This document shows, in pieces, positions 1-5,851 of a stretch of 12,257 nucleotides of DNA. The notes beneath the pieces are model-generated. The model was not told the DNA's origin and ran no database searches. It saw only the letters and a program-made list of their open reading frames with translations. The DNA is from Dubosiella newyorkensis. GTDB taxonomy: Bacteria > Bacillota_I > Bacilli_A > Erysipelotrichales > Erysipelotrichaceae. Positions within the stretch are counted from its first letter, which is position 1; the number at the start of each line of letters is the position of its first letter. A program made the position numbers and the translations under genes. The stretch spans positions 1 to 12,257 of the forward strand of contig NZ_MPKA01000130.1 of assembly GCF_001945605.1 (NCBI RefSeq). Direction: 5' to 3'.

Positions 1-64
1 TTTTTGGAAAAGGAATCTCGGTAAATACAAGATCTTCATTATGAGCAGTGGTATTCGTTTCCAT
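1..64 (-). CDS. 5' end (21 codons, METNTTAHNEDLVFTEIPFPK...) of a gene that continues past the left edge; product unknown
   Basis: ATG at 64-62 on the minus strand, preceded by AGGAGG (complement of 75-80). The frame is open to position 1. Too short to identify. Confidence 0.3.
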   Translation of the reverse strand, partial: METNTTAHNEDLVFTEIPFPK

Positions 65-170
65 AGGGTAGCCACCTCCTGTGGTTACTCTACTTTAACT
101 TTCATCAGGCTGCTACCCGCTGTTTTAATTCCCGCTTACTTTCTAGACGCACTCTTATGCCCATAGGAAA

Positions 171-196
171 AGACGACAAAAACTAATTTGTCGTCT
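171..196 (-). terminator. Candidate intrinsic terminator after the 385-aa surface protein gene
   Basis: 10-bp perfect stem AGACGACAAA (171-180) / TTTGTCGTCT (187-196) with a 6-nt loop. It overlaps the stop codon at 183-185. On the minus strand the stem is followed by TTTCC, a short U-tract. Confidence 0.55.
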
Positions 197-1340
197 CTTG
201 GTTAGGCTCTGAAGGAGTCGATGGCTCAGATGGAGTCGAAGTTCCTGGATCTGTTGAAGTTCCTGGATCTGTCGTTCCTCCTGGTACTTGATCACCTGGT
301 GTTTGATCGCCTGGTATCTGGTCTCCTGGCGTTTGATCACTTGGAGTCTGATCGCCTGGCGTTTGATCGCTTGGCGTCGAAACGATCGGATCATTATACA
401 CAGGATAGTATGGCGTATTGTAGACAGGAGCAGAATTATCGGGTGCCGTATCGTTCGTTACTGGCTCTTGCGCGGCTGGCTTGCTTTCTTCCGCTTTTGG
501 CGATGGGGTAAATGTCTTAGGATCGAACCAATCTTTGCCTTCTTCTTCTCGATAGGAGATCTTGTTTTTCAAGATTCCTTCTTTGGCTTGCTTGAGGATC
601 GAAGCGATTTGTTTAGAAACATCGCTGATCTTGATCGAAGTTTGATCACCATTGTTGAGGGCGTCCCACGTCTCTTGGGAAAGAGGAACTTTTCCATTGA
701 TCATCGAAGTCAAAGTTTCTCCGTTGGCCACTTCTTTCGCGCTGAGGACATGGACCAAAACACTTTCTTTTGTTTCTTGCTGTCCGCTTTTGGCGATGAT
801 CTCGACTGTTTGATCGCCCACTTGACGAATATCGAGATCGGGAACGATCAATTCGACGCTCTCTTTGCTTGTCGCTAAAAAGTATTGTTTCAAATCAAAA
901 TCTTTCGCGTTTTGTTCCACATTGATCTGGGAAGGAAAATCGATGAATTTTGGCTTGCTTTCTGCTTCAGAAACGATCAGCTTGCTTTTCGCTTCTTGGT
1001 TTTTATAGCGAAGCGTGACTTGATACATACCTGGTTCGAGATATTCTTTGTCCTTGCTTGTGACGATCTTCGTCTTTGGATCGTAGCTGTACTTTTGTGG
1101 GGAATTCATGAGCGGGCTTTCGATCTCGATCTTTTCTTCGTCTTTTACCGGTTCTTCTAAAAAGAGAGAAGCGTTCAATCGAACAGGATCATGCGCGTTG
1201 ATCTTGACTTCTTTCTTGACAAGAAGCGTTTCTTTTCCTTGTTGAACGACGTAAAAACCAATACCCCCAACAAGAAGACAAATGATTGCAATCAAAACGA
1301 GAATGCGATTTCTTTTTTTTACTTGACTGGTTTTCTTCAT
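183..1340 (-). CDS. Signal-anchored surface protein of unknown function, with beta-rich (Ig-like?) segments and a C-terminal Pro/Thr/Asp/Gln repeat tail
   Basis: 385-aa ORF. ATG at 1340 is preceded by AGGAAAGGA. The N-terminus has a basic stretch followed by one hydrophobic helix (KKRNRILVLIAIICLLVGGIGFYVV). The last ~64 aa are repeats: TP(S/G)DQ x6, GTSTDP x2, PSEPST x2. No LPXTG and no second TM segment. Confidence 0.8.
   Translation of the reverse strand: MKKTSQVKKRNRILVLIAIICLLVGGIGFYVVQQGKETLLVKKEVKINAHDPVRLNASLFLEEPVKDEEKIEIESPLMNSPQKYSYDPKTKIVTSKDKEYLEPGMYQVTLRYKNQEAKSKLIVSEAESKPKFIDFPSQINVEQNAKDFDLKQYFLATSKESVELIVPDLDIRQVGDQTVEIIAKSGQQETKESVLVHVLSAKEVANGETLTSMINGKVPLSQETWDALNNGDQTSIKISDVSKQIASILKQAKEGILKNKISYREEEGKDWFDPKTFTPSPKAEESKPAAQEPVTNDTAPDNSAPVYNTPYYPVYNDPIVSTPSDQTPGDQTPSDQTPGDQIPGDQTPGDQVPGGTTDPGTSTDPGTSTPSEPSTPSEPNQETTN
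204..377 (-). repeat. In-frame coding tandem repeats: a 15-nt unit x6 (288-377), then 18-nt units
   Basis: Six consecutive 15-nt units (TTGATCRCYTGGNGT-like on the plus strand) encode TPSDQ/TPGDQ/IPGDQ. At 204-287, GGATCTGTYG..TCC-type units encode GTSTDP x2 and PSEPST x2. Confidence 0.85.
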
Positions 1341-1361
1341 ACTTTCAATCCTTTCCTGCTC

Positions 1362-1370
1362 ATTATAGCA
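1362..1370 (-). promoter_or_regulatory. Candidate extended -10 promoter element (TGcTATAAT) for the 385-aa gene
   Basis: The minus strand reads TGCTATAAT about 22 nt upstream of the ATG at 1340, immediately downstream of the preceding terminator. No convincing -35 element. Confidence 0.45.
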
Positions 1371-1396
1371 AAAAAAAACTGCTTAAAGCAGTTTTT
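1370..1396 (-). terminator. Intrinsic terminator after the PepSY lipoprotein gene (potentially bidirectional)
   Basis: Stem ACTGCT (1378-1383) / AGCAGT (1387-1392) with loop TAA, extended by A/T pairs. On the minus strand it is followed by a run of 9 T (complement of 1370-1378). It overlaps the stop codon at 1395-1397. Confidence 0.7.
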
Positions 1397-1940
1397 ATTC
1401 AATAATTGAACTGATCACTTCGCCACTATGCGCGTCGAGCGTGATATGGTTTTTCGTATCTCCGAATTGGAAGACAACCGTATATTCCGTTTTCGCGCTG
1501 TTGAGCTTGCATGAAAGATCGCTCACATCGCTTTGAGCCAATCCCGCGTTGGCGAGCGCATTATCGATCGCGATCTGCTTGTCGACCACATTACTTGGAG
1601 TCGTCTCCTGTGGTGTTTCTGTTTCTTTTTGATCTTGCTTTGGCGCCTCGCTTGGTTGCGCTTGCTCTTCGGATTGGGCTTCGACTTTTCCAAAACTTCG
1701 ATCTTTGATGATCCCATCCATCCCGATCTTGTAGGTGTATTCTCCATTCCCCGCTCCAAAACGGATCACATATTCGCCATCTTTTTCTTTTGCGTCCAGG
1801 TCTTTTGCTTCTTCGACTGTCGTATCCGAATCATCTAAAGCGACTTCGGTCGCGTCTTCTAAACTCACTGTCGGTTTCGAGCTGCATCCGCTTAGAACAA
1901 GAAGTGACAAGCCGATCGCTATCCATTGTTTATATCGCAT
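1395..1940 (-). CDS. Lipoprotein with two PepSY-like modules separated by an acidic Glu/Gln/Pro/Thr linker
   Basis: Signal peptide plus lipobox (LLVLSGC). Two segments have the PepSY-like pattern: GEYVIRFGAGNGEYTYKIGMDGII and TEYTVVFQFGDTKNHITLDAHSGEVI. The ATG at 1940 lies 2 nt after the kinase stop, and its RBS (GGAGAAG) is inside the kinase 3' end. Confidence 0.7.
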   Translation of the reverse strand: MRYKQWIAIGLSLLVLSGCSSKPTVSLEDATEVALDDSDTTVEEAKDLDAKEKDGEYVIRFGAGNGEYTYKIGMDGIIKDRSFGKVEAQSEEQAQPSEAPKQDQKETETPQETTPSNVVDKQIAIDNALANAGLAQSDVSDLSCKLNSAKTEYTVVFQFGDTKNHITLDAHSGEVISSIIE

Positions 1941-1942
1941 GC

Positions 1943-2638
1943 TTATTCTTCTCCATAGCCATATCCGTATCCATATCCGTATCCATACTTATGGCTTCCT
2001 GTATTTTCGACTTTGGTCAAAACGGTTCCGATCACATGCGCGCCATTCCGATTCAAATCTTCGATTGCCGAGCGGGCGGCGCGTTTGTCGGTTTCTTTGG
2101 CGGAAATGACATAGATCGTTCCATCGCACATATTCGAGATCGGCACTCCATCCGATACACGAGAGATCGGCGCACAATCGATGATCACATAATCAAATTC
2201 TTTTCGCGCCTGCTGAAGAAACTGTCCAAACTTCTTCGAAGAAAGGATCTCGGTCGGATTTGGGACGCGGCTTCCTGCCGGCAAGAAAAAGAGCCGGCTT
2301 CCGTTCTTGAATTGAAGCGAAACGACTTGCGGATAACTAAATACAGATTGTCCCGCTACATATTCGGTCAATAAATTCGTCAAACCTTCCGCGTTGGAGA
2401 CTTTATACATTTTGTGGTCTGTCGGGTTGCGCAAGTCGCAGTCGATCAAAAGCACGTTTTGATATTTGTCCGCGAAGATGCGCGCAAGATTGGTCGATAC
2501 TGTCGATTTCCCTTCGTTTGGAAAGGTCGAGAGAACGTTGATCACCTTGACCGTTTCGTCCACTTGAGAAAACTCTATATTTGTCCGAAGGTGTCGGAAC
2601 ACTTCATCTAGATTGAATTGGTCGATTTTTCTAGCCAT
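1943..2638 (-). CDS. cpsD: Cytoplasmic BY-kinase (CpsD/Wze/PtkA-type protein-tyrosine kinase)
   Basis: Walker A (FPNEGKST), Walker A' (LLIDCDLRNP), Walker B (DYVIIDCAP) and a C-terminal tyrosine cluster (KYGYGYGYGYGYGEE). AGGAGG lies 5 nt upstream of the ATG at 2638. Confidence 0.92.
   Translation of the reverse strand: MARKIDQFNLDEVFRHLRTNIEFSQVDETVKVINVLSTFPNEGKSTVSTNLARIFADKYQNVLLIDCDLRNPTDHKMYKVSNAEGLTNLLTEYVAGQSVFSYPQVVSLQFKNGSRLFFLPAGSRVPNPTEILSSKKFGQFLQQARKEFDYVIIDCAPISRVSDGVPISNMCDGTIYVISAKETDKRAARSAIEDLNRNGAHVIGTVLTKVENTGSHKYGYGYGYGYGYGEE
1952..1987 (-). repeat. Coding microsatellite-like repeat encoding (YG)6, the BY-kinase tyrosine cluster
   Basis: The minus strand reads TAT GGA TAC GGA TAT GGA TAC GGA TAT GGC TAT GGA. 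This is a 12-nt unit TATGGATACGGA repeated about 3 times with two substitutions in the third copy. Confidence 0.85.
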
Positions 2639-3420
2639 GATTGCCTCCTAAAGATTCCTTTCTTTTCTATATGCACTTCGATCTGTTCGATCGGTTTATT
2701 CAATAAGATCCTTAATGGATTGGAATAAAGCAGCTTTTTCGCGTTCTCGATCCCAACTTTTTCGATCAATTCCGTTTCGATATCGCTAAGCTTTTCTACG
2801 CGGTGTCCTTCTGCTCGATGTGTATCGGTACAGATGATATGTCCATAGCCATGCTCGATCAGCCACCAAGCGTTTGCTTGGATCGTCTTCCCGTGCATTC
2901 CTTGCAGTGAAGTGCGGTTGATCTGAAAAATATATCCATTCTCTTTCCATTCACGGATCATTTCTTCATCGAGTCCGTGATGAAAATATCGTTCAACATG
3001 GGCGATGACAGGCTTCATGCCGCGAATCTCGACTTCATAGAGACGATCAGAAGCATCCGGGATCGAGTGGATCTCTTGACGGACGTCGAATTCGCACAAT
3101 AAATAACGCGAACGATTAATCGTCTGATACAAGCCATTGTTGAGGGCGCGCACGAACGATTCGTCCATGAACATTTCCGCCCCCGCATAGATCTCTATGC
3201 CATATTTTTCGGCGAGAAACGCGAGCTCGATCTGCCTATCGCGCATCCTTTGGATCTGTTTGGAATCGAGCTGGTTGCTCACAAAATGCGGAGTCGAGCA
3301 GATCGCGATGATCCCATCCTCTCGAGCGCATTGAAGCGCTTGTCTTGCGCTTGCGACATCGGGCATGCCATCATCGATTCCCCAGGCGATATGGGAATGT
3401 AGATCGATCTTCTTAATCAT
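2608..3420 (-). CDS. cpsB: PHP-family manganese-dependent protein-tyrosine phosphatase (CpsB/Wzh/YwqE-type)
   Basis: N-terminal IDLHSHIAWGIDDG. Further PHP motifs: CSTPHF, YAGAE, AHVERY, CTDTH. The ATG at 3420 overlaps the modulator stop (ATGATTAA). The 3' end overlaps the kinase start by 31 nt. Confidence 0.9.
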   Translation of the reverse strand: MIKKIDLHSHIAWGIDDGMPDVASARQALQCAREDGIIAICSTPHFVSNQLDSKQIQRMRDRQIELAFLAEKYGIEIYAGAEMFMDESFVRALNNGLYQTINRSRYLLCEFDVRQEIHSIPDASDRLYEVEIRGMKPVIAHVERYFHHGLDEEMIREWKENGYIFQINRTSLQGMHGKTIQANAWWLIEHGYGHIICTDTHRAEGHRVEKLSDIETELIEKVGIENAKKLLYSNPLRILLNKPIEQIEVHIEKKGIFRRQSWLEKSTNSI

Positions 3421-4168
3421 CGAGTACAGGCAGTTCGCATAGTACCGGGATTCCTAAGTAGTTTTCTGCCTCCTCCTTGTTTTTGAGCCGCTTGTCCATG
3501 ACGATCTGCAATACGACATACAATCCGCCAAGACCTAAGCCAAGCACCGCGCCGATCAAGGCGTTTCTTTTGACATGCGGACCGACTGGAACATAGGAGA
3601 GTCTAGGTTTGTCGACGATCTCGATATTGGATACGTTAAGCGTATCTTTCATTTGATCGATGAACGTGTTGACTGTCGAAGTCGCGATCGCTTTGGAAAG
3701 CTTGGCGTCTTCGGTCACGACATTCAAAGTGACCATCGTCGTATTTGGCGTATTCGTGACGCTGATCTCTTTTTTCAGCTCTTCTACGCTGCCGACCCCC
3801 GTTTCCCTGGCTACCTGTGAGAGGATATTGTTTTGGACAATCAAGGTCATCACGTTGTTGACGAGCTTTTCATTCGAATTCATCGAGTTGACATCGACAT
3901 ACCCGGCATCGGAAACCATCGGCGTCAAGAAGATCGAAGCGCTGGAAGCATATGTCGGCTTGATCAAGAACTTGGTTCCTAGACCCCCTACCAATCCTCC
4001 GATCACTGTCAAAAGCGTCAATAGGGCGATATGCTTTTTTAAAGCTCTCCAAACTTCGCCAAGATCGATCGTGATCTCATCATTGTCTTCTTCTGGCGGA
4101 ATATACGAATTGATCGGATTTGCGCTCACTTGCGATCTTCGTAATGAATTTCTTCTATAACTTGCCAT
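3413..4168 (-). CDS. cpsC: Wzz-family transmembrane modulator of the BY-kinase (CpsC/Wzd/TkmA-type)
   Basis: Two TM helices (HIALLTLLTVIGGLVGGLG and ALIGAVLGLGLGGLYVVLQIV) flank an extracellular domain. The C-terminal cytoplasmic tail is KEEAENYLGIPVLCELP. I prefer the ATG at 4168 (MASYRR..., AAGGAAGG upstream) over the TTG at 4204 given in the ORF track. Confidence 0.85.
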   Translation of the reverse strand: MASYRRNSLRRSQVSANPINSYIPPEEDNDEITIDLGEVWRALKKHIALLTLLTVIGGLVGGLGTKFLIKPTYASSASIFLTPMVSDAGYVDVNSMNSNEKLVNNVMTLIVQNNILSQVARETGVGSVEELKKEISVTNTPNTTMVTLNVVTEDAKLSKAIATSTVNTFIDQMKDTLNVSNIEIVDKPRLSYVPVGPHVKRNALIGAVLGLGLGGLYVVLQIVMDKRLKNKEEAENYLGIPVLCELPVLDD

Positions 4169-4263
4169 ACAGCCTTCCTTTCTGTTTTCTTCTCTTTTTA
4201 ACAAACAACTCTATTAAATCATAAATTTACAATTGAATCTATCTTTCCTTTCATTTTTATAAA

Positions 4264-4296
4264 CAAAAAAAAGCATAGTTCAAAATCATCTATGCT
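4264..4296 (-). terminator. Intrinsic terminator after the esterase gene
   Basis: Stem AGCATAG (4272-4278) / CTATGCT (4290-4296) with an 11-nt loop. On the minus strand it is followed by a T-run of 7-8 (complement of 4265-4271). The right arm overlaps the stop codon at 4290-4292. Confidence 0.65.
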
Positions 4297-5165
4297 TTAT
4301 ACGCTTCAAAGGCTTCTTTGATCCGTTTCGCCCTCCGGGCGATGATCTGTCTTGTATATGGATTTAAATTGGCATCAAAACAATGATAAAGTCCTTTATT
4401 TAAATACGTATGAACATCCACTCCTGCATCATAAAGCCATTTTCCATACTCGATGCCATCGTCTTTGAGCACATCGAATTGTTCGACTTCGATGATCGTT
4501 TTTGGAAGATTCACCATATTTTTTTCCTCCATCGGCGATAAATAGCTTGGCGTTCCTAAATCTCCATTTTTTGAATAGCGCGCCCACATTTTCGCATTCG
4601 CTTTCGTATTCCAGGAAGGCGTCTTTTTCATTTGAAAAGACTCTCCTCTCATTTTCCTATCCAAGACAGGATAGATGAGCATTTGAAGAGCGAGCGGGAT
4701 GTTATGATTGTGGCAATACAAAGCTAGCGCGGCAGCAATACATCCTCCCGCGCTATCGCCCGCCACGCCAAGAGGAAGGTCGCTCCTTTCTGTAATATAG
4801 TCGAGCACCTGAATCGCGTCGAGCAAAGGAGAAGGAAATGGCTCCAAGGCGTAATCGACAAAAACGACGACGCAGTTGGCCTGTAGACAATATTGTTCGA
4901 TGATCTCATAAAGGTAAGGAGCGGCTTTGCACAAAAAAGCACCCCCATGGAAATACAACAAAATTCCGTTGGGTCTAGTTTTGGGTTTGAAAATGGTGAC
5001 TTTGACGCCATTCATCTTCATTTCGATCATCGGCGCTTTTGGGATTGGTTTAGGCATACGATCAATGAATCGATTGGCTTGTTTAGCGATCGTTTCGTTG
5101 AACAAAATCGACGGAAAACGAAAACACGCTGTTTTCCGGTAAGGATTGCAGATTTGAGTATTCAT
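4290..5165 (-). CDS. Alpha/beta-hydrolase, hormone-sensitive-lipase (Abhydrolase_3) family esterase/deacetylase
   Basis: HGGAF oxyanion motif, GDSAGG nucleophile elbow, and downstream Asp (DVLKDDG) and His (LYHCF) candidates. The preferred start is the ATG at 5165 (MNTQICN..., AAGGAAG 7 nt upstream), which overlaps the NUDIX stop as ATGA. Confidence 0.85.
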   Translation of the reverse strand: MNTQICNPYRKTACFRFPSILFNETIAKQANRFIDRMPKPIPKAPMIEMKMNGVKVTIFKPKTRPNGILLYFHGGAFLCKAAPYLYEIIEQYCLQANCVVVFVDYALEPFPSPLLDAIQVLDYITERSDLPLGVAGDSAGGCIAAALALYCHNHNIPLALQMLIYPVLDRKMRGESFQMKKTPSWNTKANAKMWARYSKNGDLGTPSYLSPMEEKNMVNLPKTIIEVEQFDVLKDDGIEYGKWLYDAGVDVHTYLNKGLYHCFDANLNPYTRQIIARRAKRIKEAFEAYKA

Positions 5166-5743
5166 CGTTTTTCTTCCTTTTTTACACAATAGCACGTTTC
5201 AAGCATTTTCTCGACTTTTAAGATCGTATGGGCGCTCGAATTGCAGCAGATCGTATTGTCCATGACCATCTCGACCGCCTTGTTCAGCGGCACTTTTTGA
5301 CTTTGTATCCATTCCGTTCGATCGAAGGAAGGCTCTTGGCTTTTTTGGCATTGGAGTGCCAAGAACAAATGCATCGTATTTCTCAGTTTGCTCGAAGAGT
5401 CATAGCTTTTTCCTAATTCGATCCACTGATTCGATCGATATCCTGTTTCTTCAAGGAGCTCTCGTTTCGCCGCTTCAAGCGGTTCTTCTTTTTCATCGAT
5501 CATGCCTGCTGGCAGTTCGACAAGTGTTTGTTTGAGCGCTTGTCGATATTCAGATTTTAAAAGGATATTTCCTTCTGGATCGATGGCGGCGATCATGACG
5601 GCGTCCGGGATCTGGATTGAATAAAAGTCTTTGATTTCGACAAGGTTAGGCAGAAGTACATGTTCTTGATGGACTTCAAGCCATTTTGAACGAAAAACAA
5701 TGGTATCTTTACACGTTTTCCAAGGTTTGATCGAATTTTTCAA
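5162..5743 (-). CDS. NUDIX hydrolase, ADP-ribose pyrophosphatase-like
   Basis: Nudix box GMIDEKEEPLEAAKRELLEETG matches GX5EX7REUXEEXGU. TTG start at 5743 with GGAGGG 7 nt upstream. Confidence 0.85.
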   Translation of the reverse strand: MKNSIKPWKTCKDTIVFRSKWLEVHQEHVLLPNLVEIKDFYSIQIPDAVMIAAIDPEGNILLKSEYRQALKQTLVELPAGMIDEKEEPLEAAKRELLEETGYRSNQWIELGKSYDSSSKLRNTMHLFLALQCQKSQEPSFDRTEWIQSQKVPLNKAVEMVMDNTICCNSSAHTILKVEKMLETCYCVKKEEKR

Positions 5744-5772
5744 AATAGAACCCTCCTTCTTTTTCTAGATCA

Positions 5773-5778
5773 ATTATA
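5773..5778 (-). promoter_or_regulatory. Candidate -10 box (TATAAT) for the NUDIX-esterase operon
   Basis: The minus strand reads TATAAT about 30 nt upstream of the TTG start. No good -35 element at 17-nt spacing. Confidence 0.3.
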
Positions 5779-5810
5779 AGCGCAATTTTCTCAAGGAATC
5801 GAAAAAAAAC

Positions 5811-5819
5811 TGGTAAAAT
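5811..5819 (+). promoter_or_regulatory. Candidate extended -10 (TGgTAAAAT) for the ABC transporter operon
   Basis: TGGTAAAAT lies 33 nt upstream of the ATG at 5852 and is preceded by an A8 tract. The RBS AAAGGAA is 5-6 nt before the ATG. Confidence 0.4.
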
Positions 5820-5851
5820 GAAGAAAATATGACTTTCAGAAAGGAACTGTT

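Noticed and set aside
204-377. The regular 15-18-nt tandem repeats could be mistaken for a CRISPR-like array or a non-coding satellite.
   Set aside because: The units are contiguous with no spacers, are in frame, and translate to a coherent TP(S/G)DQ / GTSTDP / PSEPST low-complexity tail of a long ORF.
288-878. Long antisense or alternative-frame ORFs: 288-878(+), 221-511(+), 155-394(-), 885-1160(+), 1790-2374(+), 1735-2109(+), 3660-4160(+), 5864-6208(-), 6550-6834(-), 7335-7850(-), 8401-9033(-), 9193-9558(-) and 11197-11472(-).
   Set aside because: Each lies wholly opposite, or out of frame with, a gene that has clear family motifs. None has a credible RBS. Their translations are low-complexity (R/I/D/F-rich or repeat-derived). 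They are best explained as shadow ORFs caused by the codon bias of the real genes.
4169-4204. Upstream start extensions in the ORF track: TTG at 4204 for the modulator, ATG at 5195 for the esterase and ATG at 6954 for permease 1.
   Set aside because: The downstream ATGs at 4168, 5165 and 6966 have properly spaced purine-rich RBSs. In two cases they give classic stop/start coupling with the upstream gene. The extended versions lack an RBS or add non-conserved-looking residues. The choice remains unverified without homologue alignment.
4205-4263. Promoter for the BY-kinase unit in the AT-rich spacer upstream of the modulator gene (TATGAT / TAATAG-like hexamers on the minus strand).
   Set aside because: I found no -10/-35 pair with acceptable spacing and no extended -10. 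A promoter probably exists here, but I cannot place it from sequence alone.
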